Below are positions 34,102 to 46,916 of a DNA stretch of 64,000 bases, piece after piece. The position numbers were made by a program, and so were the translations under genes. The notes under the pieces are model-generated. The model saw nothing but the letters and a program-made list of their open reading frames with translations. It was not told the DNA's origin and did not search any database. Origin of the DNA: Scyliorhinus canicula (lineage: Eukaryota); the NCBI RefSeq assembly GCF_902713615.1, contig NC_052171.1, positions 14,635,958-14,699,957 of the forward strand, given 5' to 3'. The number at the start of each line of letters is the position of its first letter. The stretch's first letter is position 1.

Positions 34102-34942
34102 CATAAGAACATAAGAACATAAGAACTAGGAGCAGGAGTAGGCCATCTGGCACCTCGACCCTGCTCCGCCATTCAATTAGATCATGGCTGATCTTTTGTG
34201 GACTCAGCTCCACTTTCCAGCCCGAACACCATAACCCTTAATCCCTTTATTCTTCAAAAAACTATCTTTACCTTAAAAACATGTAATGAAGGAGCCTCAA
34301 CTGCTTCACTGGGCAAGGAATTCCATAGATTCACAACCCTTTGGGTGAAGAAGTTCCTCCTAAACTCAGTCCTAAATCTACTTCCCCTTATTTTGAGGCT
34401 ATGCCCCCTAGTTCTGCTGTCACCCGCCAGTGGAAACAACCTGCCCGCATCTATCCTATCTATTCCCTTCATAATTTTAAATGTTTCTATAAGATCCCCC
34501 CTCATCCTTCTAAATTCCAACGAGTACAGTCCCAGTCTACTCAACCTCTCCTCATAATCCAACCCCTTCAGCTCTGGGATTAACCTAGTGAATCTCCTCT
34601 GCACACCCTCCAGCGCCAGTACGTCCTTTCTCAAGTAAGGAGACCAAAACTGAACACAATACTCCAGGTGTGGCCGCACTAACACCTTATACAATTGCAA
34701 CATAACCTCCCTAGTCTTAAACTCCATCCCTCTAGCAATGAAGGACAACATTCCATTTGCCTTCTTAATCACCTGTTGCACTTGTAAACCAACCTTCTGT
34801 GACTCATGCACTAGCACACCCAAGTCTCTCTGAACAGCGGCATGCTTTAATATTTTATCGTTTAAATAATAATCTCGTTTGCTGTTATTCTTACCAAAAT
34901 GGATAACCTCACATTTGCCAACATTGTATTCCATCTGCCAGA
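34102..34942 (-). mobile_element. Young CR1 LINE 3' fragment
   Basis: Nearly identical to ~27260-28100. Confidence 0.95.
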
Positions 34943-35052
34943 TTAAATAAAGATATCCAGGAGTTTGAAAAGAAATGAAACGTTTCTGATGTTTTTACTG
35001 TAATCAACTAGGCTATGTAAAGTCACAGTATTGGGGGCTGAAGAAAACCGCA

Positions 35053-35943
35053 GTGAAGGCTGAAACTACCGGCTCTCCTCTCGCTATCTTAAACGCTGCA
35101 ACGCCCGGCTCTCCTCTTACTGTTTTCAGTTGTGAAACTCCCGGCTCTCCTGTCGCTGTTTTAAACACTGAAACTCCCGGCTCTCCTCTCACTGTTTTAA
35201 ACACTGGAACTCCCGGCTCTCCTCTCGCTGTTTTAAACACTGAAATTCCCGGCTCTCCTCTCACTGTTTTAAACACTGAAACTCCCGACTCTCCTCTCGC
35301 TGTTTTAAAAACTGAAACTCCCGGCTCCCCACTCGCTGTTTTAAACACCCGGCTCTCTTCTCACTGTTTTGAACACTGAAACTCCCAGTTCTCCTCTCGC
35401 TGTTTTAAACACTGAAATTGCCGGCACTCCTGTCGCTGTTTTAAACACTCGGCTCTCCTCTCACTGTTTTGAACACTGAAATTCCCACCTGTCCTCTCAC
35501 TGTTTTAAACACTGAAACTGCCGGCTCTCCTGTCGCTGTTTTAAGCACTGAAACTCCCGGCTCTCCTCTCGCAGTTTTTAAAAATAAAACACCCGTCTCT
35601 CCTCTCAATCTTTTAAACACTGAAACATCCGGTACTCACCTCATTGTTTTAAACTGTGAAACTCCCGGCTCTCCTCTCGCTCTTTTAAACACAGAAACTC
35701 CCGGCTCTCCTCTCGCTGTTTTAATCACCCGGCTCTCCACTCGCTGTTTCAAACACTGAAACTCCCGGCACTCCTCTCCCTGTTTTCAACACTGAAACTC
35801 CCAGCTCTCCTCTCGCTGCTTTCAACTGCGAAACTCCCGCCTCTCCTCTCGCTGTTTTAATCTGTGAAACTGCAGGCTGTCCTCTCACTGTTTTCAGCTG
35901 TGAAACTCCCGACCCTCCTCTCGCTGTTTTAATCACTGAAACT
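35053..35943. repeat. 36-bp minisatellite, about 25 copies
   Basis: Unit TTTTAAACACTGAAACTCCCGGCTCTCCTCTCGCTG, with shorter variants lacking TGAAACTC at ~35341, ~35441 and ~35721. Confidence 0.95.
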
Positions 35944-35949
35944 TATTGT

Positions 35950-38900
35950 GAAAATATGTTTTTAATTGGGTTGTTGTCGAGTTCCAAAGCCATGAGTTAT
36001 AGGGCCATTGACAGTGTGAAAGTGGTATTGGCTCAGAAACAGAAAGCAGAGAAAAGTCGTGAACGATAGTTATTCAGTCAGGAGGGGGATAGACGCTCAC
36101 TCGGTGTCGACATTAGAACAATTGCTCTTCAAGATACACTTCACCAAAAGGGATTCAATTGGCAATTGAGACCATAAGACCATGAGCAGAATTAGTTTTG
36201 TCGGTCCATCAATCACGCCATTCAATCATGGCTGATATTTTATTCATCCCCATTCTCCTGCCTTCTCCGCATAAGCCCTGATACCGTGATTGATCTAGAA
36301 CCTATCTATCTCTGTCTTAAAGATACTCAGTGATTTGGTCTCCACCGCCTGCTGCGGCAAACAGTTCCACAGATTCACCACACTTTGGCTTAACAAATTC
36401 CCCCTCATCTCTGCTTGAACGAATGTTCCTTCACTCTGAGAATATTTCGGCTTGTCATCCTTCTAAACTCGAACCAGAACAGAACCAGTTCCCACAACAG
36501 ATTCTCATAGGACAAGGTCTTCATTCCAGGGATCATTCTCGTGAACCTCCTCTGAACCCTTTCCAAGTCCAACACATGTTTGCGTATATTTGGGGCCCAC
36601 AACTGCTCACAATACACCAAATGGCGTCGTAACGGAGACTTATACAGCCTCAGAATTGCATATTCTTGCATTCCATTCCTATCGACATGAACACTAACGT
36701 TGCATTTACCTTCCTAAGTGCTGACTGAACTTGCGTTTATCTGAAGAGAATAATGACCAAGAACTCCAAATTCCGTCATGCTTCTGATTCCCGAAACATT
36801 TCCCTATATAGCAAACAGTCTATGCCTCAATTCCTCCTTCCTAAGTGCATACCCATACACTTTTCAAGATTGCATTCCATGCCCTTATATGTCGACTTGT
36901 GTAGCCTTTCCCAGTTCTTCTTGAGCCCACTGTTTCCTCAATACTTCCTATCCCTCTGAAGATATTTGCATCATCTGTAATTTTAGCAACAGTGCCTTCA
37001 GTGTCTCCTTCCTGATCATTAGTGTATATTGCGAAATTCCTCCTCATCTCTTTTTAAACGATCGTTCCTTCACCCTCAGATTATTTCCTGTGGTTCTAGA
37101 TTTTACTACAATTGGAAACATCCTCGCAGTATCCTGTAAGTCTCAATATGATCCCCCCTCATCCTTCTAAACTCCAGCCAGAACAGAACCAGTGTCCTAA
37201 ACAGTTACTCAAAGTACAAACTCTTCTTTCCAGGGATCATTCATAACAGGCCCCTGAGGCACCACATTAGTATGATGCTGCCATCCTGAAAAATATCGCT
37301 TTTTCCCACTCTCTGCCTTCTGCCAGTCAGCCAATCCTCAATCCATGCCAGGGTATTACCCTTAAAAACATTGTCTCTTAACTAATTTATCAGTCTCCGT
37401 CCTCTACGGCACTTTGCCAAGGCCCTCATGGAAATCTAAATTAATCAAGTCCACAAGTTCTCTTTTGTCTGTCTTCCTTGTAACATCCTCAAAGAAATCT
37501 AACAGTTCCAACATTGGCAAATGACAGAAAATCAGGAATGAACCAGTGAGCAGGTGAGCAGTAATCTTCAGCAGGATATTTACAGTTCTGTGAATGGGAG
37601 AGTCAAGGGGTATTTTAATTTAAATGACTGTGGTATGAGCGATGCATCCGGGACAAAGGCTGAGGACAGGCAATATAAACTTAACGAGACAATTTTAGAA
37701 AGCGTACAGGAGGAGAGAGGGTACATGTGCGCTCTTTCACTGACTGGAAAGGAACGTTGATACGATTAGAAACAACTCAGAAAATTTGAAACTTTATAAA
37801 TAGACGCAGAGATTCCTAAAACAGGGACGTTAGAGTCATCGAGTAATCAAGGTCTGGAGCATCAAAATGCAATCTGGCCCTTTTAACTGCGCAGGTCAAA
37901 AGCAACCACCGAACTTTTTAATGTCACTTGCCAGCATTTGACCAGGAGCATATATATGAGAGTCAGAAGTACGTTTATTGATCGGGCCACAACTGAGGAT
38001 TTTTTTCTTCTCTACCACTGCACATACGAAAGGATGTGAGGATCTTCGAGAGAAGATAAAGGACATTTCATGGCAAGGTCTCAGGAATGGAGGATGTCAG
38101 TTGAATTATGGGATTAGAGAACTGGAATTGCAACCCATAGATCAGTTTAAGGTAAAGAGTAGTTTCACAAGGGTCTCCAAATTAGGAAGGAGTTTAATGA
38201 GAGTGAGCAGAAAGTGTTCCACTGGAACGAGCACGAGGAACAAGATTTACAATAATTGATCAAAGACGCCCTGTCCATGTTGATAGGTCATTTAAAGTAG
38301 AGTTGTTATAATCTGGAATAAACTGTCTGCAGACACGATGGGATCAGATTCAATAGTGTGTTTCACGATGGAACTGGATAAATACTGACAGGGGATTATT
38401 ATGATCTAGAACACACAGTCTAAAGACACGATGGGAACAGATTCACGACCTACTTTCAGAATGGAACTGAATAAATATTATTTTATGCTATCGAAGACGG
38501 CCCACATGGAGTCGTTTCAAATAATCTTCGGTTTATTTACAAATCTATTTTACACCGCTCTCTGTACTTCCCAAGGCATTGACCGGTCGGTGCCGAACAT
38601 GCCGAACCTGATGTACAACATAGATTTAGCTTCCCTTCAGCGAGGTAGCTGGGAGACAGCATTGGATATGGGGAAGAAATCATTCGCACCAGTAATTCCC
38701 TTGAGGGTTATGACATTACTGATAGAGGATTGTCACAACCTGCGGCACATAGAATCATGGATAATAGGCGCAGGAGGAGGCAATTCGTTCATTTGAGCCT
38801 CCTTCACATGCATTATGTACATGGCTGATCATCCAACTCAGTAACCTGATCCTGCCTTCCCCCAAATCGTTTGATCTCTTTAACCCAAGTGTTCTATTTA

Positions 38901-40090
38901 ACTGTGTGTTGCGAATGTATAATGTTTTACTCTCAAGTAACGAATGTGGTAGAAAATTCCACAGGCTCAGAACTCTTTATGTGAGTTACTTTCTCCAAAT
39001 GGTCCAACCCGTATCCTCAGACTGGGCCCAGGTTCTGGTCTCCTGCCCATCGGAAACATTTTTCCAGCATTCAGCTGTAATTTTTTTTTATCGATTTCTA
39101 TAATACTGCGTCTTTCATTCTTCTGATCACTGGTGAATTTTGTTACGTCATCCTGTGTGTGTGTTTGGTCAGTTCTAGCTCCACAGACCTCGGAGTCCAA
39201 CAAAGGTGAATTAAACAATAATTCAGATGTTTCCCAAAGGTATTTAACACTTGAATTGAAATGAAAAAAGAATGAAATGAAAATCGTTTATTGTCACAAG
39301 TAGGCTTCAAGTGAAGTTACTGCGAAAAGCCCCAGTCGACACATTCCGGCGCCTGTTCGGGGAGGCTGGTTCGGGAATTGAACCGTGTTGCTGGCCTGCC
39401 TTGGTATGCTTCAAAAGCCAGCTATTTAGCACTGTGCTAAACCAGCCCCTTAACTACTCCAATCAGTTACAGGCAACAGACTTTTGTCATGATTTTAAAA
39501 CTGGTTATTAATAATAGGGTCAGAGATGTTTAAATGGAGACATGTATGGAGACAGAACCTTCAGCCCAGCTTGCTGATGCCGCCTATTTTCTATCACTAA
39601 CCTAGTCCCACTTGCACACATTTAGCCCATACCCCTCCACACCCATCCTGCCCATGTAACTATCCAACTGCATTTTAAAGAAAAATATTGTATCCGCCTC
39701 TACCATTGCCTCTGGCAGCCAGTTTCATATGCTCACCACCCTCTGCGTGAATGAATTTCACCTCTGGTCTCTTTTGTATCTCCCCTCTCACCTGAAAACG
39801 ATGCCGTCTATTTCCAGACGCCTCTACCTTTGGGAAATATGTGCTTCTCATTATTTTACAGACCTTGATAAGGCCACGCGTAAGCCTCCTATGCACCAGG
39901 GGAAATTGTCCCCGCCTCCCTGTATAACTCAGACTGTATAACTATGTCCCGGTACCATGCTCGCAAATCTCTTCTTTGCTCATTCTAGTTTAACAATCAC
40001 CTTCCTGTATTAGGGTGATCAGAACTGAACACAGTTTTCCTTGTGTGCTCTAATCAATGTTTCGTACAACTTCAAAAGGACGTCCCAACA
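35950..40090. mobile_element. Nest of old CR1 fragments in both orientations
   Basis: Minus-strand LERVQRRFTRMIPGM (~36500-36600), AKITDDANI (~36970) and a 3' end at 39520-40090; plus-strand decayed ORF2 C-terminus at ~37500-38400. Confidence 0.7.
39252..39450 (-). mobile_element. Short (~190 bp) tRNA-derived SINE
   Basis: Minus strand GGGGCTGGTTTAGCACAG...CGGTTCAATTCCCGAACCAGCC...TGTGACAATAAACGATTTTCATTTCATT; second copy at 55101-55280. Confidence 0.75.
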
Positions 40091-40160
40091 GGATGACGCC
40101 GGAGCGAGGCTACTTCTTGTAAGCTTTGTCCAGCATACCCTCTAATTCTATCTTTTTTTT

Positions 40161-40498
40161 TAGAATTAGAACAGTACAGCACAGAACAGGCCCTTCGGCC
40201 CTCGATGTTGTGCCGAGCAATGATCACCCTATTCAAGCCCACGTATACCTATCCCAGTAACCCAACAACCCCCATTAACCTTATTTTTTTTCGGACACTA
40301 AGGGCAATTTAACCTGGCCAATCCACCTAACCCGCACATCTTTGGACTGTGGGAGGAAACCGGAGCACCCGGAGGAACCCCACGCAAACACGGGGAGGAT
40401 GTGCAGACTATGCACAGACAGTGACCCAGCCGGGAATCGAACCTGGGACCCTGGAGCTGTGAAGCATTTATGCTAACCACCATGCTACCGTGCTGCCC
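40161..40498 (-). mobile_element. HE1-like V-SINE, subfamily A
   Basis: Near-identical to 3808-4162. Confidence 0.92.
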
Positions 40499-42322
40499 CC
40501 GTGCTTTACTCGTTCGGTGCTGCTAACTCTTAATTCCAAATCTTTTCAACTGTCGAAGAATGATGTTATTCAATCACTTTAAAGATGGAGATTTTTAGGA
40601 CCCTGCAGACACCTGAAAGTGCCGACCTGAAATCGACCTGGACCAGCTGACCACGTGGAACCAGCCGCCGGATCTGCAGTCCCAATCCCCGCCTGGGAGC
40701 AGCTTCCAGAGACCAGAAAAATTCCCTAGAAGCCGAGTCCCTCTTCTGGTCTGCCACGACCATAGAAGCACCCCAGTGGCTGGAGTACTCTCCACATCCC
40801 CACCCCCAGCTTCATACCCCTCTGACACGAGCGATATCCTCATCGGCAACCGCGACTCCAGAGGCTTCAACCACTTATCGACCTTCGACCCATGCGGGCC
40901 GGAGCGTGGTCTGGATATCAACTGACCTGTAAAGCCACACCGCAGCCGACATCGACCCGGGAACCATAGACCCATCTCCCGACGCAGGAACCGCAAGCGA
41001 AGCAAAAAATCCTCCATCCACACAGCGACCAGAGTGAAGAGACTCATTGGACACGACTATACCCTTAACACCGCATACTCTCACCGTCTCCTATGCTCGA
41101 AATGAAGCAGTCACTGCAGGAAGGGTGGAAAACGTGCAGTCCTCCAGGTGAGAGTGAAACAACGAGGCCCCAAAGACTCTCTGCCTAGCTAATGCCCAAT
41201 CTCTGTTATTCAGGCTGAAAGCCAAACTCACTTTTCAAAGAGAAATGAGGGACTGCTGTGTGTTTTTTTTTCCAAGGAGACATGGCTCACTCCTGCTTCA
41301 CCGGACTCTTCAATCCATGAAATGATCCGTACAGTGGTCTCAGCTAAGGCTCTGGGAGCTAGAGTCTGCCTCCTAATCAACTCCTTAGGCCTAGATGCAG
41401 AAACACTGGCGAGTTTCTACTCTCCCGGCCTTGCACATCTGACGCTAAAATGTCCCCTATTACCTTCCACGCGAGTTCAGCTCCGTTTTCTTGACTGCAG
41501 TTTACATCCCACCCCATGCAGACGTAACAATTGCGCTGGACGAAATATACACCACCACCATCCGAGGCCTTGTCCATCGTGGCCGGGGGTTACAATGAGG
41601 CCAAGCTTAAGGGCGGACTACCAAGCTACCACCAACACTTCACCTGTTCCACCACTGACCCAAACATCCTGTACCACTGCTAGACAAATATCAAACATAC
41701 CGCTCTATCGCCCTCCAACAGTTTGGCAAATCTGACCACAAAGCTGTGCTCCTGCTCCCGGATTATAAGCAAAAACTGAAGCGGGAAAATCCTTCAAAGA
41801 AAGTCGTGCAATATTGGTCTGAGGTCTCGTATGATCTCCTACAGGACTGCTTAGAGTCAGTGCACTGATTAGGATTTATAAACTCTAGGACCAGCCTGAA
41901 CGTGTATGCCTCTATAGTAACTAACTTCATTAGTAAGTGTAGAAGACTGTGTGCTAAAGATGCAAATCCGCATGTTTCCCAAGCGCAAACCATGGATGAA
42001 CAGGGATATCCATTGCTTGCTCAAGTCAAGGTCTGAGGCATTTTCGCCAGGCAAACAGGGGTCAGGGGTGATGGGCAGAAGGCAGGGGAATTGGGATGAG
42101 ATATTATCAGCCATGATTGAATGACGTAGCAGACTCGATGGGCCGAGTGGCCTACTTCTGCTCCTATGTCTTCTTGCCTCATGGCCTGATCACGTGACCT
42201 ATACAGGAAAGCCAGATTTTATCTAAGGAGATCCATGAAAGATGCCCAGAGACAGCACCGGGCACGTTCAAGCCTCATGCCAGCCAGGTGCACCCCCGCC
42301 GACAATGGCAATGTCTGTAAGA

Positions 42323-42678
42323 CATAGAACATAGAACAGTACAGCACAGAACAGGCCCTTCGGCCCTCAATGTTGTGCAGAGCCATGATCACCCTACTCA
42401 AACCCACGTATCCACCTTATACCCGTAACCCAACAACCCCCCCCCCCCCCCCCCTTAACCTTACTTTTTTTAGGACACTACGGGCAATTTAGCATGGCCA
42501 ATCCACCTACCCCGCACATCTTTGGACTGTGGGAGGAAACCGGAGCACCCGGAGGAAACCCACGCACACAGGGGGAGGACGTGCAGACTCCACACAGACA
42601 GTGACCCAGCCGGGAATCGAACCTGGGACCCTGGAGCTGTGAAGCATTTATGCTAACCACCATGCTACCCTGCTGCCC
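42323..42678 (-). mobile_element. HE1-like V-SINE, subfamily A
   Basis: Near-identical to 3808-4162; inserted in the Rex1 ORF. Confidence 0.92.
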
Positions 42679-45600
42679 ATAATGGGCTACAAGATGAAGG
42701 CATGTCAAATTGCAGGCTCAAACGCACCCCTCCATGATGTGCTCAACGAATTCTATGCCCGCTTTGCGCAAGAGGTCAGCGACAAAACGCCCTCCACCTG
42801 GAAGCCTCGGATCAATTTGCATCTGAGGTCACCAGAGCAGCATTCTCGAAGGTCACCCCTGGGATATTCACTGGCCCGGATATGATACCCGGACGAGAAC
42901 TCAGGTCTTGCACGGATCACCTGCCGGGTGTATTGGCAGACATCTTCAAACTCTATTTACAACAATACGAGGAATCTATCTGCTTCAAGTAGACAATCAT
43001 CATCCCTGTACCAAAGAAAATCCACGCAGATCGCCTTATGACTCTTGTCCGGTGGCTCGGACATCCATCATTATGAAGTGCTTTGAAAGGTTAGCTGTTG
43101 CAAGAATCAACTCCAGCCTCCCGGATTGCCTTGATCCACGACAGTTCACCTACCGCTGCAATAGGTCCACAACAGGGGCCATCTCCATGGCCCTGCACTC
43201 AACTCTGTAACACCAAAATAACAAAGACAACTATGTGAGACTCCTATTTATCGACTACAACTCAGCCTTCAACACCATTATTCCTACGAAACTCATCTAG
43301 AAACTCTGTGGCCTGGACCTCGGCTCCTTCCTCTGCGACTAGATCCTGAACTTTCTAATCCGCAGGCCAGAATTAGTAAAGATAGGCAACAACATCTCCT
43401 GAACAAACATCAAACCACCGGTGCGCCACAAAGCTGAGTCCTCAGCTCCTTACTATACTCTTCGTCCACCTATGACTGTGTGGCCAAATTCGCCTCCAAC
43501 TCGATTTTGAAATTTGTTGATGACACCACAGCAGTGGGTCGGATTTGAAGCAATGACGAGACAGTACAGCAAAGAGATAGAGAATCTGGTGAACTGGTGC
43601 GACGACAATAATCTCTCCCTTAATGTCAACAAAACGAAGGAGATTGTCATCGACTTCACGAAGCGTAGTGGAGAACATGCCCTGTCTACATCAATAGGAA
43701 CGCAGTGGGAAGGGTCGACAGCTTTATTTTTTTAGGTCACCAGTTCACCAACAAACTGACCTGGTGCCTCCTTGCCGACAGTAGAGTTACGAAAGCCCAC
43801 CAACGACTCTAATTTCTCTTAACACGAAGGAAATAAATTCAGCATGTCCGCAACCACTCTCACCAATCTTTACAGATGCATTCTTTCTGGTTGTATCACA
43901 CCTTGGTGTTGAACCTGCTCTGCCCAAGACCACAGTAAACTACAGACGGTCGTGAATGTAGCCCAATTCATCACGCAAACCAACCCCCCATCCATTGACT
44001 CTGTCAACTATTGTCGCTGCCCTTGAAAGGCAACCAGCATAAATAAGGATGGCAAGCACCCCGGACACACTGTCTTCCACCTTCTTCTGTCACGAAAAGA
44101 TACACAAGTTTGAGGTCACGTCCCAATCGACTCAAGAGCAACATCTTCCCTACTGCCATCAGACTTTTGACTGGACCTACGTCGTACTAAGTTGATCTTT
44201 TCTCTCGCCGAGCTATGACTGTAACATTAAATTTTGTAGTCTCTCCTTCATTCCCAATGTACGGTATGCATTGTCTATATAGCATGCAAGGAACAATACC
44301 TTTCACTGTATACTCATACATGTGACAATAATAAATCAAATGAAATAAATTGAAAATTAACCACTTAAGGGAGGTTCCGACCCCGTTACGTGACAGTGAC
44401 ACACACAGCACATTTTGAAGACTGTGTGCCCTGAACGTTGCAATCTCCAAATCAGCTAAATAACAAAACATACAGGTCCAAAATAAAATGACTTAATGAC
44501 TGTTTGAATACTCCCAGTGTAGGATAGTAGCTATTCATTGAATCACTTTCAACTCTGACCCATTATGAATGTCCCAAGACAGGTGCACACACGTTAGAAA
44601 CTGATAATGTACCTCGATATTGTGTCCCAGCAGACGCTTCTAGCCAGATGCAACCCAGTGCTGTATACCAAGCAAAGGTACCAGTAGAGTATACCAATCA
44701 AATAGTTCCTTCCCATTTTCAAACTGGGGGCGAGTGATCTCGGTGCATTAGCAGAAGGGGATAGCCAGCAGTTGTGAATTTCAAGTGTCCTGCTTTAACA
44801 ATGAAAATATGCGGGTCGCCTGGAGACTGGCATGGCCGCTTATGAAGGGATCAGCAGGAGATTGTGACACGGTTATTTCCTTGTTGGGCGGGGGTCGAGT
44901 TGCTTCTGTTCTCTCTCTTCCGTTATGGCCCATTTCAGAAAGGAATTTCAGTCTTCTGGACGTTATGTTGTTTCGAAAAGTCAAAAGTACTGATTGTAAC
45001 CTGCTCCCGTAATTCCTCTCTCTCATTGACATTGCATACACTTGGTGCAAGAAGAATCCGTTTTGAACATGTGCTTCCAAGCGTTCTCGACGGAGTGTGT
45101 CAACGCACTGCCACAAATCAGTGATTGCCTTCGGGGTCATTGACTGTCACCGTTTCGACTTCGACTGCGAAACACTCTACTTATGAAGGGTGGTGTTAGC
45201 GTTTCCAGGAAAGCCCAATTCTAATCGTTAACAAGAGTTAGCCACAGTTTTCTAGCCCAGGCATTCAGACTAGCCACGGCCCCAGTTCCCCACCACTTTT
45301 CATCCCACACCACGTTCCCCAACCAATCACCAGTTAGTGCGCTCTGTGTGAAACGACAGTTGACGCGGGGTATTTGGTCCAAGTGAGGGTGGGATTGGGC
45401 CACTTTGTGTTTTTATGCACCAACGTGTGGACTGAGAGGAACACCCGAGGCCGTTTCTCTACCGTTCACTGTGCAGCGCTCTATCGACGATAATGCATGC
45501 ACAGAGATTATCTGGGTCAGCTGTGAACAGTTTCAAACTCTGCACAAGAGAAAGGAAATTAATCACTTGGACATAATGCAACATAAAGTAATGCTGATTG

Positions 45601-45959
45601 CATGCATGAGGTTCCTTTCCGATAAAGAGCGATTGAGAATAATGGGTCAATACCCCCGCTGGATTAAACTTGTGGGAGGCGATTTCATTAAAATTACCAA
45701 AAATTAATTGTCGGTTTTATCAGAGGAGATAGCGCTCGTCTTTACCAACCTTCGGCTTTCAAATCTCGATAATGTGCTATGGAAGCGTAAATGCTTGGTA
45801 AGGTATTTCAGGATTGGATTGAGGAGAAAGGTCTTCACTCAGATTGTTGCAGGTCTTTGAGATTCTGTACTAGAGAGAGCTGCGAATGACCCATCATTGA
45901 AGAATTCAAGGTTCGAAACTTTTTTTTTTAATATTGGGACTCTGAGGGTATCAGAGATT

Positions 45960-46274
45960 CATAAAATCACATAATTCACAGTGCAGAAGAAGGGCATTCG
46001 GCCCATCGAGTCTGCACCGGTCCTTGGAAAGAACACCCCAGTCCTATTACCGTAACACTACCAAACCATTTTATGAACACTAAGAGCAATTTAGCGTAGC
46101 CAATCCTCCTAACATGCACATCTTTGGACTGTGGGAGGAAATCCGGAGCACTCGCAGAAAAAACTAAGCAGACACAGGGACAACGTGCAGACTCCACACA
46201 TGACCCAAGCCGGGAATATAACAGCTCAATAGCTGTAAAGTAACAGTGCTAACCACTGTGCTACCGTGCTGCCC
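45960..46274 (-). mobile_element. V-SINE, diverged
   Basis: Head GGGCAGCACGGTAGCACAGTGGTTAGC, V core, subfamily B-type tail. Confidence 0.85.
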
Positions 46275-46566
46275 CAAATGGGACACAAGGAAAAGGCTGA
46301 AATGTGGATAACATTTGAAGATCCATCCGGAACTTTGTAAAGGGCGGGAGGCACTGCCTGTGTCTCAAGTGGCATATTCCTGAAACCAAATCTTGCGAAG
46401 TGAAAAAGAGAGAAGCTAGCTAAAACTCATTTCCAGGTAGAAAATCCCAGAATTGGCCTGCTGACTTTCAAACTTCTTATCGTTGCTGGCGGCCAATTCG
46501 AATTGTTCTATTATTATTATTATACATATACATGTCTACATAAACATTTCTGGAACAAGCCTTTCC

Positions 46567-46610
46567 ATTCACCTGAAGAAGGAGCCGTGCTCCGAAAGCT
46601 CGTGTTTGAA
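46567..46610 (+). ncRNA. Minimal type I hammerhead ribozyme motif
   Basis: ttcac-CTGAAGA-a-GGAGC cgt GCTCC-GAAA-GC-TC-gtg: conserved core, 5-bp stem II and palindromic AGCT helix III. Confidence 0.75.
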
Positions 46611-46872
46611 ACAAACCTGTTGGACTTTAACCTGGTGTTGTAAGACTTCTTACTGTGCTCACCCCAGTACAACGCCGGCATCTCCACATCATGGCTACCA
46701 TTGACACCGCAAACTGCCGGCTCAAAGTGGAGAGGATCTCCAGGAAGATCGCGCATATAGACACTGACATTCAGTTTCTACAAAGCTTTGATGATTTGAT
46801 TGCCTGCAGGTGCTCGCATTCCGGGGCATCTCTGACTGTGTCTATATAAACATTTCTGGAACAAGCCTTTCC

Positions 46873-46916
46873 ATTCACCTGAAGAAGGAGCCGTGCTCCG
46901 AAAGCTCGTGTTTGAA
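46873..46916 (+). ncRNA. Minimal type I hammerhead ribozyme motif (second copy)
   Basis: Identical to 46567-46610, 306 nt downstream. Confidence 0.75.

Larger units (their letters stand above)
40090..44350 (+). mobile_element. Rex1/Babar-clade LINE, near full length, decayed
   Basis: GKSDHKAVLLLPDYKQKLKRE, PVARTSIIMKCFERL...LDPRQFTYRCNRST, YVRLLFIDYNSAFNTI, KFVDDTT and NWCDDNNLSLNVNKTKEIVIDF; tail CATGTGACAATAATAAATCAAAT. Interrupted by SINEs; 5' boundary uncertain. Confidence 0.88.

Noticed and set aside
35053-35943. 36-bp repeat as a CRISPR array or repeat-protein gene
   Set aside because: Units are head to tail without unique spacers, the context is eukaryotic, and 8-bp deletions break the reading frame.
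44370-45450. Unique CpG-containing stretch with a CCAAT box as a promoter, and the 119-aa ORF at 44781-45140
   Set aside because: No recognisable protein motif, splice structure or linked gene.
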